From contig JAEOSU010000076.1 in the NCBI GenBank assembly GCA_016840165.1, forward strand, positions 32,001 to 96,000: a DNA stretch of 64,000 nucleotides. Direction: 5' to 3'. Below the pieces are notes generated by a model, which had not been told where the DNA came from, searched no databases, and worked only from the letters and a program-made list of their open reading frames with translations. The stretch comes from Promethearchaeota archaeon. Lineage in GTDB: Archaea; Asgardarchaeota; Lokiarchaeia; Sigyniarchaeales; SOKP01. Made by a program: the position numbers and the translations under genes. Positions within the stretch are counted from its first letter, which is position 1, and every line of letters begins with the position of its first letter. Below, in pieces: positions 18,934 to 28,955 of the stretch.

Positions 18934-20141
18934 TGAATAAGATAAAAGAGGTAAATTTGATGAGTTATTATTTAGATAATCAAGCCGCAAAACCCGTCGA
19001 TGAACGTGTTATTAAAGAAATGATGCCGTATTTCAGAGAAAAGTATGCTAATCCTGCTTCACTTCATTGCGATGGTGATATTGCGACTGATGTTTTAGAA
19101 AAATCTCGAAAAAAAGTTGCTGATTTTATTAACGCTCCAAATGCATCTGACATTATATTTACTTCAGGAGCCACCGAATCAAATAATTTAGCTTTAATTG
19201 GTGCTGCGTTAAGATATCAAAAAAAGGGGAAACATATAATTATATCAGAAATCGAGCATATTTCAATCCATAATATTGCAAAATACTTAGAAAGGCAAGG
19301 ATTCAGAGTCAGTAGAGTTGCTGTTGATCAATATGGTATAATTAATTTAGATAAATTAGAGAAATTAATCTCAGATGATACCATTCTGGTTTCAATAACA
19401 ACAGCAAGTAATGAAGTGGGTTCATTACAACCAATTGAAGAAATTAGTAAAATAACTAAGCAGAGAGACATATTATTTCATACAGACGCAGTCCCTAGTT
19501 TGAGTGTCATTCCGATTGATGTCCAAAAAACGCCTTTAGACTTAGTTACCCTCTCTTCAAATGACATTTATGGTCCTAGAGGAGTTGGTGCATTATATAT
19601 AAGGAAAGGAGTTCGAGTAAATCCTATACTTATTGGTGGTGGTCAAGAAAGAGGATTAAGATCAGGTTCTGAAAATATTCCAGGAATTGTAGGATTTGCC
19701 AAGGCTGCAGAAATAGCAAAACGTGAAATGGAAAGTGAAGCTAAGAGATTACAAATATTACGAGATAAGTTAATAAAAAATGTTTTGGAGTCTATTCCAA
19801 ATTCTCATTTAAATGGACACCCCGAAAAAAGATTACCAAATAATGCACATTTTCGATTTGACTATATAGAGGGAGAATCATTGATTTTGGGATTAAAAGA
19901 AAACAATATTGCGGCAGCTACGGGTTCTGCGTGCAGTTCAAAAACGCTAGAAGCTTCTCATACATTGATTTCTTTAGGTTTGCTCCATGAAGAAGCGCAC
20001 GGAAGTCTATTAATCTCATTAGGGAGAACTACTAAGGAATCAGATATCGATAAATTGCTAGAAACCTTGCCTGGAATTGTAAAAAGATTACGAAAATTAT
20101 CTCCGTTAACGCCTCCTGAGATGTTAAAGAAATTAAATTAA
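18933..20141 (+). CDS. iscS: Cysteine desulfurase, IscS type
   Basis: YLDNQA, NPAS.H, FTSGATESNN, EH, FHTDA, GGGQE.G.RSG, catalytic TGSACSS loop. The usual PLP-lysine motif SxHK reads SSND here (see findings). Confidence 0.85.
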   Translation: MNKIKEVNLMSYYLDNQAAKPVDERVIKEMMPYFREKYANPASLHCDGDIATDVLEKSRKKVADFINAPNASDIIFTSGATESNNLALIGAALRYQKKGKHIIISEIEHISIHNIAKYLERQGFRVSRVAVDQYGIINLDKLEKLISDDTILVSITTASNEVGSLQPIEEISKITKQRDILFHTDAVPSLSVIPIDVQKTPLDLVTLSSNDIYGPRGVGALYIRKGVRVNPILIGGGQERGLRSGSENIPGIVGFAKAAEIAKREMESEAKRLQILRDKLIKNVLESIPNSHLNGHPEKRLPNNAHFRFDYIEGESLILGLKENNIAAATGSACSSKTLEASHTLISLGLLHEEAHGSLLISLGRTTKESDIDKLLETLPGIVKRLRKLSPLTPPEMLKKLN

Positions 20142-20155
20142 GGTGAGAAAAAAAA

Positions 20156-20959
20156 GTGAAATCAACTCAATATTCAGATAAAGTATTGGACCATTTTAGG
20201 AATCCAAGAAATGTAGGGGAGATAGAAGATGCTGACGGTGTTGGGAAGGTCGGTAACCCAGTTTGCGGTGATCTGATGTGGATTTACATTAAAGTGGGGA
20301 AAAATGATAAAGGTCAAGAAATAATTGATGATATAAAGTTCAAAACCTTTGGATGTGGCTCAGCAATTTCCACATCATCAATGATAACCGAGATGGTTAA
20401 AGGAATGACTTTGGATGATGCTTATAAGGTGAGTCGACAAGACGTTGCGGATGAGTTAGAAGGATTACCTCCGATTAAGATGCATTGTTCTAATTTAGCA
20501 GCGGATGCACTAAAAGCTGCGATCGACAATTATAGAACGGGAGAATCACCTGAAATAGAAATTGCTACTTCGTGTCAACTAGATGTACGTGTGATCTTAG
20601 GTGTTGATGAGTTTCTAGGTAAAGGTGTCTATAAAGAAATACCATCAGACTTAGAAGAATTACGTGACAAGAGAGTTTTAATAGTAGATTCAGGAGATAC
20701 TTCTTTAGAACTTGCTCTAAAATTGAAAGATTATACTGGCAGAGTAGTAGTTGTAACTTCAGCAAAAACTGTCCCTGGAACTGTAGAGATCAAAAAGAAA
20801 TTAAAACATTCTCCAGTAAAAATTTTACTCGACTCAGAACTTGTAGAAATAAAGGGAGAATTGGATGAAGTTGAAAAAGTTGTTATCCATGATTATGATG
20901 AAGACGAGAAATATGAGCTATTCGTTGACGTAGTAATAATCTTAGATTATAGAGGTTAA
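20156..20959 (+). CDS. iscU: Fe-S scaffold IscU/NifU-N fused to a degenerate thioredoxin-reductase-like Rossmann domain
   Basis: YSDKVLDHF.NPRNVG, GNPVCGD, FGCGSA, LPPIKMHCS. The C-terminal ~125 aa align by eye with the NADPH domain of the TrxR at 44420. Confidence 0.9.
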   Translation: MKSTQYSDKVLDHFRNPRNVGEIEDADGVGKVGNPVCGDLMWIYIKVGKNDKGQEIIDDIKFKTFGCGSAISTSSMITEMVKGMTLDDAYKVSRQDVADELEGLPPIKMHCSNLAADALKAAIDNYRTGESPEIEIATSCQLDVRVILGVDEFLGKGVYKEIPSDLEELRDKRVLIVDSGDTSLELALKLKDYTGRVVVVTSAKTVPGTVEIKKKLKHSPVKILLDSELVEIKGELDEVEKVVIHDYDEDEKYELFVDVVIILDYRG

Positions 20960-21180
20960 AATTTTTACATTTCTTTTCAATACTTTTCAATATTTAGTTC
21001 AATTTAATTTTGTAGTTAATTTTATTATTGGTTTTGGATTAAAAAGCTCTTTTAAAAAACATCAAATTTAAATGGATTTTTAATTCATAAGAATGAAATT
21101 TAAATGAAATTTATAATTTTGATTATTAAAAGTAGTGATGTAGTGTATCACGATCACACAACTTAACTAATGATGAAAAG

Positions 21181-23580
21181 ATGAAAAAAGTATTAATAGT
21201 TGGCGGAGTTGCTGGTGGTGCATCAGCGGCAGCTCGTTTAAGAAGGTTAATGGAAAATATAGAAATCATCGTATTTGAGAAAGGTTCTTTTGTCTCATTT
21301 GCTAATTGCGGTTTACCTTATTACGTTGGAAATGTAATAAAAGAACGTGATCAGCTAGAACTGATGACCCCGAAAGATTTTTATGATCGATTTAATATCG
21401 ATGTCAGAATAAATCAAGAAGTAATTTCGATTAATCGTAGTCAAAAGACAGTGAACATCATAGATTTAGAGAAAGATAGTGAATATTATTTAGAATATGA
21501 TTATTTAATACTCTCTCCTGGTGCCTCTCCTATCATACCCCCCTTCAAGGGTTTGAAAGATGTTCCAACTTTTACACTTCGGACTATTCCTGATTCTGTA
21601 AAAATAAGAGAATTTGCTGAAGAGAATAAAGTAAAACATGCAACTATCATTGGAGGAGGATATATTGGATTAGAAATGGCAGAAAATCTCAAAGAAAAAG
21701 GAATTCGAGTTAAGATTGTTGAAATGCTTGATCAAGTTTTAGCACCTTTAGATAAAGAAATGGCCCAGTTTATTCATCAAGAATTAATCTTAAATGGAGT
21801 ATGTCTTCAATTAGGAGATGCTGTCGACTCTTTTATGTGCGATGAGAACCAGTGCAACTATGTTATTCCAAAGAGTGGTAAAAAGATTAAAACTGATATG
21901 ATAATTATGGCAATAGGTGTAAAACCGGAGAATAAGTTAGCTATAGATTCAGGTTTAAAAGTTGGTCCGAAAGGACATATCATAGTTGATAATCATATGA
22001 GAACATCTGATCCTTACATTTATGCCGTAGGGGATGCGGTTCAAACTAATAATTATATTACAGACCAATCTGCAGCTATCCCACTTGCGGGTCCAGCAAA
22101 CAAACAAGGTAGAATTGCAGCCGACAACATAGCGGGAAGAAATTCGATATATAGAGGAATCTTAGGAGCTTCTGTACTTAAAGTTTTTGACCTTACAGTT
22201 GCATTTGTTGGATTAAGTGAGAAACAGTTAAAGGGGATGGATATTGATTATGAAAAAATTTATGTTCATCCAAATAATCATGCTGGTTATTATCCTGGTG
22301 CTATTCCGATTACACTTAAATTATTGTTTGAAAAAACAAGTGGTAAAATACTAGGAGCTCAAGCCGTTGGAGGGCCTGGTACTGAAAAACGCATAGATGT
22401 GATATCAACTGCAATAAAGTTTAAGGGAACAGTCTTTGATTTGGAAGAACTAGAGCTTACATATGCTCCCCCTTATGGATCAGCAAAGGATCCGGTCAAT
22501 ATGGCAGGATTTGTGGCATCAAATGTACTACGGGGAGATCATCCTATATGGCAATGGGAAGACTTACCAGAAATTCAACAAAATAATAGTGCATTTATAG
22601 ATGTAAGGACCCCCGAAGAATTTGAAGTTGGGTCGATTGAAAACGCATTGAATATCAATGATTTAGAATTACGACAGAGGTTAAATGAGATTCCAAAAGA
22701 TAAAAATATCTATGTATTTTGTGAAGTGGGTTTTCGTGGTTATTTAGCAACGAGATTATTGCTTCAAGAGGGTTTTGAAAAAGTTCGGAATCTTACAGGA
22801 GGTTATAAACTTTTAAAAACAGCCCAAGCGACTACGCAAGAATTAGCTGAAGCTTGCGGACCACCAGAAGAAATAATGGAAGAGATGATTCAAGAAAAAA
22901 CCACCGAAACTGATGAATTTATGGAAGTTGATGCTTGTGGAATTTCATGTCCAGGTCCTTTAAATGCTCTTATCCAAGGACTTGACAATCTGCCTGAAGG
23001 TAAAAAACTTAAAATATATACGACTGATCCTGGTTTTAAATCAAGTGTAGAAGCATATGTAAAACTCAACGAGGCTGTGAAGTTATTATACTTAGGAAAA
23101 GAAAAGGGAAAGCTAATGGCTATTCTCGAAAAAGGAATCATATCAAAAGAAGAAGTTAAAGCCCCTATTAAAGTGAAAAAGAAAACACGTTCTGAATTAA
23201 GAGGACCAGAAGCACCGCCCTTATCAGAGATAAATGCAACCGAATTATATGACAGAATGGGTACTGAAGATTCACCCGCATTAGTAGTGGATGTTCGAAC
23301 ACCCTCTGAATACCATGAAACAGGTTATATAAAAGACTCAGAGTTGATACCATTAGGAGAGTTAATGAGAGATTTAGGAAAATTAGAGGAGTATAAAGAT
23401 AAAGAAGTCGTAGTCTTATGTGCAGTAGGGGGTCGTTCTTTCATGGCAGCACAGCTTTTAGTGAGGGAGGGTTTTAGAGACGTAAGAAACCTAGTCGGAG
23501 GAATAAAAGCTTGGATAAGACTCGGTTACCCAGTAACTGGAGGCGTGATAGATTCAACCGTAAAATATCTTAAAACCTAA
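21181..23580 (+). CDS. CoA-disulfide/persulfide reductase fused to rhodanese, TusA and a second rhodanese domain
   Basis: GGVAGG, SFANCGLPY, GGGYIGLE, YAPP; rhodanese DVRTPEE...FCEVGFRG; TusA DACGISCPGP...DPGF; rhodanese DVRTPSE...LCAVGGRS. Confidence 0.92.
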   Translation: MKKVLIVGGVAGGASAAARLRRLMENIEIIVFEKGSFVSFANCGLPYYVGNVIKERDQLELMTPKDFYDRFNIDVRINQEVISINRSQKTVNIIDLEKDSEYYLEYDYLILSPGASPIIPPFKGLKDVPTFTLRTIPDSVKIREFAEENKVKHATIIGGGYIGLEMAENLKEKGIRVKIVEMLDQVLAPLDKEMAQFIHQELILNGVCLQLGDAVDSFMCDENQCNYVIPKSGKKIKTDMIIMAIGVKPENKLAIDSGLKVGPKGHIIVDNHMRTSDPYIYAVGDAVQTNNYITDQSAAIPLAGPANKQGRIAADNIAGRNSIYRGILGASVLKVFDLTVAFVGLSEKQLKGMDIDYEKIYVHPNNHAGYYPGAIPITLKLLFEKTSGKILGAQAVGGPGTEKRIDVISTAIKFKGTVFDLEELELTYAPPYGSAKDPVNMAGFVASNVLRGDHPIWQWEDLPEIQQNNSAFIDVRTPEEFEVGSIENALNINDLELRQRLNEIPKDKNIYVFCEVGFRGYLATRLLLQEGFEKVRNLTGGYKLLKTAQATTQELAEACGPPEEIMEEMIQEKTTETDEFMEVDACGISCPGPLNALIQGLDNLPEGKKLKIYTTDPGFKSSVEAYVKLNEAVKLLYLGKEKGKLMAILEKGIISKEEVKAPIKVKKKTRSELRGPEAPPLSEINATELYDRMGTEDSPALVVDVRTPSEYHETGYIKDSELIPLGELMRDLGKLEEYKDKEVVVLCAVGGRSFMAAQLLVREGFRDVRNLVGGIKAWIRLGYPVTGGVIDSTVKYLKT

Positions 23581-23708
23581 ATAGTTCTATTTAAGCAAAA
23601 AAAACTCTTATCTTTAATTTATAAATGAAAGGATTATTATTAAATAGGCATATATAGTTATTTAGATTCAATTCAATAAAATACAAATATTCAAAAAATG
23701 GTGAAAAT

Positions 23709-24293
23709 ATGAAAGAAACACCAAAAAAGCTATTCGCCGCTTATGTTGGTGAATCTCAAGCACGTAATCGATATACATTCTTCTCTAAAATCGCGAAGAA
23801 GGAAGGTTATGCTTTAATTGCAAAGATTTTTGAAGAGACAGCGGAACAAGAACTTCAACATGGTTCATGGTTCTATAAGATGCTTCAAGATTTCAAAAAG
23901 GAAGAAGCATTTGATGATTTTAAAGTATGTGAAGAATATCCAACAACTTATAGCAATACTAGAGAGAATTTGAAATCAGCTGTTAAAGGAGAGACTATGG
24001 AGTGGCAAACACTTTATCCAGATTTAGCCGATACTGCTGAAAAAGAGGGTTATCCTGATATAGCAAAAAGAACAAGGGCAATTGCACGAGCTGAACAACA
24101 TCATTCAGAACGCTATGGAAAATTATTAAAATTAGTGGGTGATGATGCTTTCTTTAAACGTGGTAAAAAAGTAGTCTGGGTTTGTTTGGAATGTGGTTAC
24201 GAGGTTGAGATGGATGAACTACCTGAAAATTGGATATGTCCAAGTTGTTCTCATCCCAGAGCTTATTTCATGAAGAAATGTGAAGATTTCTAA
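23709..24293 (+). CDS. rbr: Rubrerythrin
   Basis: GESQARNRY, E..H motifs (QELQH, AEQHH), C-terminal CLEC...CPSC rubredoxin domain. Confidence 0.95.
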   Translation: MKETPKKLFAAYVGESQARNRYTFFSKIAKKEGYALIAKIFEETAEQELQHGSWFYKMLQDFKKEEAFDDFKVCEEYPTTYSNTRENLKSAVKGETMEWQTLYPDLADTAEKEGYPDIAKRTRAIARAEQHHSERYGKLLKLVGDDAFFKRGKKVVWVCLECGYEVEMDELPENWICPSCSHPRAYFMKKCEDF

Positions 24294-24400
24294 ATAAATT
24301 AAACTTTTTTATATTGGCAAATTGTAGTGGTTTAGTTTTAATTTTATTTGTTATCTTATTATAATAGCTTTCAAATAAATTGGAATAGGAGTATAAAAAA

Positions 24401-25759
24401 ATGATGGAACTGGTATTACAAATTATCGTTTTATCTTGTTTCGTAGTAGTTATTATTGCTTTGTTTAGAGAAAAATCTGACTTTTTATTTTTTTCAATAG
24501 CAGCTATGCTTATATCAGCAACATCCACTTACTTTTTATCTCCCGTTCCAGTTTCAATGGAGGAGATATTTCTCTCGGTTGACTGGGAGGTTATATTTTT
24601 CTTGATATCCTTATTCACAATAGTGGCTGTATTAGAAGAAAATCATATTTTCCAAGAGCTTGCAAGAAGAATCACCACGAAATTTAGCACGAATACAAGG
24701 AAATTTTTTTGGGTGATTTGTTTGACTTCTACCATAACTGCAGCTTTTATAGAGGATGTCTCAGTGGCAATCATATTTATTCCAATGATTATTAACACCA
24801 GCGAAAAAATGAGAATCAATCCTGCGCCTATTTTATTAGGAATGACAATTTGCATTAATTTAGCTTCCACATTAACTCCTTTTGGTTCTGCAGAAAATAT
24901 ATTAATTGCTAATCAATTTTTTCTCTCATCTCAGTGGTTTTTTATTAATATGGGATTATATTTCTTAATCGCAACTTTAACTACTCTATTTTTATTGGAC
25001 AAGTTTATACTTCAGAAACATTTAAAAGATATTTGGACTCCTGAATGCCTCGAAAAAGAAATTCCTATAGATAAAAATTATATTAAAGAACATGAACTTG
25101 TAATAGTCGAAAAACCGATACCGCGAAAAATTTTCAATAAAAATATGGTGAGTCTTTTAATTTTCTTCGGGTTTCTAATTTTTATTCCAAATATTCTATT
25201 TATTGGATTAATAGGGATGCTATTATTTGTATTCCTTAACCCCCGTCGAGGAGAATCGGGTAAAAAATATCCCGACATCTCATATTATCTCAAACAAGTT
25301 GATTTTAAGTTAATATTTTTCTTTATTAGTTTGTTTATACTCGTCTTTTCTTTTGAAAAGGCGGGAATAATCCAATTATTAGAAGATTTCGTATTGAATA
25401 TTGCGCCTACGAATATTTTTCTATTAAGCGTATTGATCTTGATTGTTACATCCCTATTATCTGGGTTCCTCGATAACGTTCCTGTAACCGTACTCTTTAT
25501 TCCCATCATACAGGCTCTTTCCGACAATGGTTTTGCCTCTATCCCGATGTTGGTTGCATTTATTTTAGGGATAAATCTGGGGGGTAACTTCCTTCCACAG
25601 GGGAGCGCCGCGGATATGATGACCTTAGAATTATCAAAAAAATATTGTGCAGATGATCTTAATTATAAACGATTGCTAAAGGTAGGAGGAATTTTTGCGG
25701 CTTATCACATTGTATTAGGAATTGGATATCTCGCTTTACAAACATTTTTCTTTTTATAG
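24401..25759 (+). CDS. ArsB/NhaD/CitM (IT superfamily) permease
   Basis: About 11-12 TM segments; DWEVIFFL, TPFGSAEN, SGFLDNVP, NLGGN..P.GSAA. Confidence 0.85.
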   Translation: MMELVLQIIVLSCFVVVIIALFREKSDFLFFSIAAMLISATSTYFLSPVPVSMEEIFLSVDWEVIFFLISLFTIVAVLEENHIFQELARRITTKFSTNTRKFFWVICLTSTITAAFIEDVSVAIIFIPMIINTSEKMRINPAPILLGMTICINLASTLTPFGSAENILIANQFFLSSQWFFINMGLYFLIATLTTLFLLDKFILQKHLKDIWTPECLEKEIPIDKNYIKEHELVIVEKPIPRKIFNKNMVSLLIFFGFLIFIPNILFIGLIGMLLFVFLNPRRGESGKKYPDISYYLKQVDFKLIFFFISLFILVFSFEKAGIIQLLEDFVLNIAPTNIFLLSVLILIVTSLLSGFLDNVPVTVLFIPIIQALSDNGFASIPMLVAFILGINLGGNFLPQGSAADMMTLELSKKYCADDLNYKRLLKVGGIFAAYHIVLGIGYLALQTFFFL

Positions 25760-25801
25760 AAAATAATTAAACCTTTAATTTTTCAGAATATTTTTAATCC
25801 T

Positions 25802-26353
25802 ATGAGGAAGAAGAAAGCGATAATTTTAGATAGAGACGGTGTTTTAATTGAAGATAAGGATTATTCTTATAAGATAGAAGATTTGGAGATATTACCGGGT
25901 GTAATCGAAGGATTAAAACTATTGCAGACTAAATTTGTATTCTTTATTGTTACTAATCAATCTGGGATTGGACGGGGTTTTTATACTGTAAATGATTTTC
26001 TTAAATATAATAACCATTTGATTTCAGAATTACAAGGAGAAGGGATAAGAATCGAGAAAACATTTTATTGTCCTCATTTAAGGGAGGATCGATGCGAATG
26101 CAGAAAACCTAATCCCAAATATTTATTTGATATACGGGATGGTTGGGATATTGACCTGAAACTTTCTTGGATGATAGGCGATCATCCATCTGACATAGAG
26201 TTTGGCATAAATGGTGGATGCCAGACTGTTTATATGAGTACGGGTCATGGAAAGAAACATCTGAATGAGCTTGAAGAACTAAATATCAAACCAACTTTCA
26301 TAAGTTCTAATTTTTTTCATGCCGCAGAATCTATACTCAAATTATCTTCATAA
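25802..26353 (+). CDS. GmhB/histidinol-phosphatase-like HAD phosphatase
   Basis: LDRDGV, VTNQSGIGRG, CPH...CECRKP zinc site, MIGD..SD. Confidence 0.9.
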   Translation: MRKKKAIILDRDGVLIEDKDYSYKIEDLEILPGVIEGLKLLQTKFVFFIVTNQSGIGRGFYTVNDFLKYNNHLISELQGEGIRIEKTFYCPHLREDRCECRKPNPKYLFDIRDGWDIDLKLSWMIGDHPSDIEFGINGGCQTVYMSTGHGKKHLNELEELNIKPTFISSNFFHAAESILKLSS

Positions 26354-26442
26354 TTCGCTTTATTAAGTACTTAAATCAAGATATAAATAATATCAACAAA
26401 AAAGTAGATGACAATACTTAATAAAAAAATAAAAATTTTATT

Positions 26443-27621
26443 TTAATCCCTCTTTTTCGCAAGATACGGCATGGCATGCTCATACCTATTTAATACAAAT
26501 CGGGATATAATAATTCTTTGCACTTCGCTTGTTCCTTCATAAATTTGATAGAGTTTTGCATCTCTAAATAGCTTTTCCACAGGATATGTTCTTAAATATC
26601 CATATCCTCCAAAGATTTGGATGGCTTCGGTAGTAACATTCATGGCAACATCCGATGCGAATGCTTTTGCGATAGCAGAACTAAGGTTATTATCTTTACC
26701 TTGGTCTGCCTCCCAAGCCGCTCTATACGTTAATAATCGAGCTGCTTCGATATCTTTATACATATTAGCGATTTTTTCCTGTATCATTTGATATTTTTCA
26801 ATTGGTCTACCAAAAGCTTCTCGTTTCTTGGCATAATCTATGCTGTACTCCATAGCAGATCTTGCACATCCGACAGCAAAAGCACCAATGGCAGGTCGAG
26901 TATGAGCAAAAGTCTGCATCGCTAGGACAAATCCTCTACCAGGTTTTGCCAAGACATTTTCTTTTGGGATTCTCACGTCTTTTAAACCCACCGAAACAGT
27001 ATTGGAAGCTCTCTGACCTAATTTGGGTATATGCTTCCCTAATCTAACTCCCTCGCTTTTTGTATCAACAATAAACGCTGCTATTCCTTTGTGTTTCTTC
27101 TCTGGATCTGTAGTAGCAAAAACAGTAACGTAATTAGCATGTCCACCATTAGTAATCCAAAATTTATTACCATTGAGAATATATTCATCTCCATCTTGTT
27201 CTGCTCTACATTTCATGCCAGCGACGTCAGATCCCATAGTAGGCTCAGAAGTGGCGAATGCTATTAATTTAAATTCATTTGTAAGTTCTCCTAATATTCT
27301 TTGTTTTTGCTCCTCATTACCACCAATAACAATCGGTTCTGCTCCTAAATTATTATCAAATATTGAGGTCGCTATGCCTGGACAAGCGGAGGAGATTTCC
27401 TCAACGACAATGCAAGCATCCATTAACCCATAGCCGGGGCCACCATATTGTTTAGGAATCCCTAAATTAAGCAATCCTATCTCCCAGGCTTTTTTAATGA
27501 CGGGTAATGGAAATTCTTCAGATTCATCATATTTTTGAGCAACAGGTAGTACTTCATTTACAGCAAATTCTCGTGCTTTTTTTTGTAATGCAATTTGTTC
27601 TTCCATTAATTTAAAATCCAT
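26443..27621 (-). CDS. Acyl-CoA dehydrogenase
   Basis: FATSEP..GSD, NGNKFWITNG, KLGQRAS, R.AFG, QIFGGYGY, IYEGTSEVQR (catalytic Glu). Confidence 0.95.
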   Translation of the reverse strand: MDFKLMEEQIALQKKAREFAVNEVLPVAQKYDESEEFPLPVIKKAWEIGLLNLGIPKQYGGPGYGLMDACIVVEEISSACPGIATSIFDNNLGAEPIVIGGNEEQKQRILGELTNEFKLIAFATSEPTMGSDVAGMKCRAEQDGDEYILNGNKFWITNGGHANYVTVFATTDPEKKHKGIAAFIVDTKSEGVRLGKHIPKLGQRASNTVSVGLKDVRIPKENVLAKPGRGFVLAMQTFAHTRPAIGAFAVGCARSAMEYSIDYAKKREAFGRPIEKYQMIQEKIANMYKDIEAARLLTYRAAWEADQGKDNNLSSAIAKAFASDVAMNVTTEAIQIFGGYGYLRTYPVEKLFRDAKLYQIYEGTSEVQRIIISRFVLNRYEHAMPYLAKKRD

Positions 27622-27635
27622 TATTTTCCCTCGTT

Positions 27636-28844
27636 TTACCCCATTTTTTCAACTAATTTATCAACAATATTTTTGAAATCTAAATCCTCAGGTCTAGGGA
27701 CAAATCGAATTTCGATTTTCTCTTCCATAACATCTATTTTAGTTTCTTCTAATTCCTTTATGATCTCTTTCACTGCGCCCCCTCCCCATCCATAAGAACC
27801 AAAAGCCATTCCTACCTTATTCATTGGTTTAAGACCCTTTTGATAACTTAAATATTCAGCAACTAAGGGATAAAGCCCATTATTTAATGTTGGACTGCCT
27901 ACTAAAATAGCTTTTGCTTTCATTGCTTCAGTTATTACATCCGAATAATCAGCATTGGTCAATCGAAACCGTTTTGCAGAAATCCCTCGATGAATAATCT
28001 CTTTATATAAAGCTTTCGCGATTTTTTCGGTACTACCCCACATTGTATCATATACGATTAAAACACTTTTACCATCAGTTTTACCAGCAGACCATTTTGT
28101 ATATGCTTCAAGTATTTTTCCAATGTGAGTTCTCCAGCACACGCCATGAGAAGGACAGATAATATCGATAGCTAATGCACCTACTTTCGGTATGGCTTTT
28201 GTTATTAATCCTGATAAATGAAGTAAGATATTAGCATAATATTTCTCTGCTTCCCACATAATTTCAGCAATATCATTCTCATCATCCCACCGTTTAGAAG
28301 TGGCAAAATGTTGTCCAAAAGCATCATTTGAGAAAAGAATATTCTTGCCATTTTCGTCGGACATAAATGAAACCATCGAATCAGGCCAATGAATCATTGG
28401 AATGGGGACAAACGTAAATTGTTTCCCGTTTCCTATTTCTAATGTGTCTCCTTCCTTTACAGCTCTAATATTCTCAAAATGCTTTTTATCGAGTTCTTCA
28501 TGATAATGGGCTTCAAGTATTTCTTTACCTCGTGTAGATGCAATAATCTCCGCATTTGGTAAATGTTTTAAGATCAAGGGAAAAGAGCCTGAATGATCGG
28601 GTTCTACATGGTTGACAATGAAGTAGTCAATTTCGCTTGGATCACAAACATGTTTTATGTTGCTTAAGAAATATTCATAGTAAGGACGCTTTACTGCGTC
28701 GATTAAGACAGTTTTTTCTCCCGATTTAACAATATATGCATTATAAGAAGATCCTTTATGGGTAGAGTATCCATGGAAATTACGAACCTCAAAATCTACA
28801 TAGCCAACATAATAAACATCTTTCATTAATTCTAAATGTGTCAT
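27636..28844 (-). CDS. fprA: Flavodiiron protein (class A)
   Basis: HVEPDH, HWPD, SNDAFGQH, PSHG; flavodoxin domain YDTMWGST, GSPT, FGSYGWGGG. Confidence 0.95.
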   Translation of the reverse strand: MTHLELMKDVYYVGYVDFEVRNFHGYSTHKGSSYNAYIVKSGEKTVLIDAVKRPYYEYFLSNIKHVCDPSEIDYFIVNHVEPDHSGSFPLILKHLPNAEIIASTRGKEILEAHYHEELDKKHFENIRAVKEGDTLEIGNGKQFTFVPIPMIHWPDSMVSFMSDENGKNILFSNDAFGQHFATSKRWDDENDIAEIMWEAEKYYANILLHLSGLITKAIPKVGALAIDIICPSHGVCWRTHIGKILEAYTKWSAGKTDGKSVLIVYDTMWGSTEKIAKALYKEIIHRGISAKRFRLTNADYSDVITEAMKAKAILVGSPTLNNGLYPLVAEYLSYQKGLKPMNKVGMAFGSYGWGGGAVKEIIKELEETKIDVMEEKIEIRFVPRPEDLDFKNIVDKLVEKMG

Positions 28845-28955
28845 TCACTAATTCATCTTTTTTTAGGATTAGTACTTTAATTTTGTTTAATTTCATTAGG
28901 ATTATAAATTTAATTTCTATGATTTATAAAATTTGGAAAGAATCTAGATATTTCA

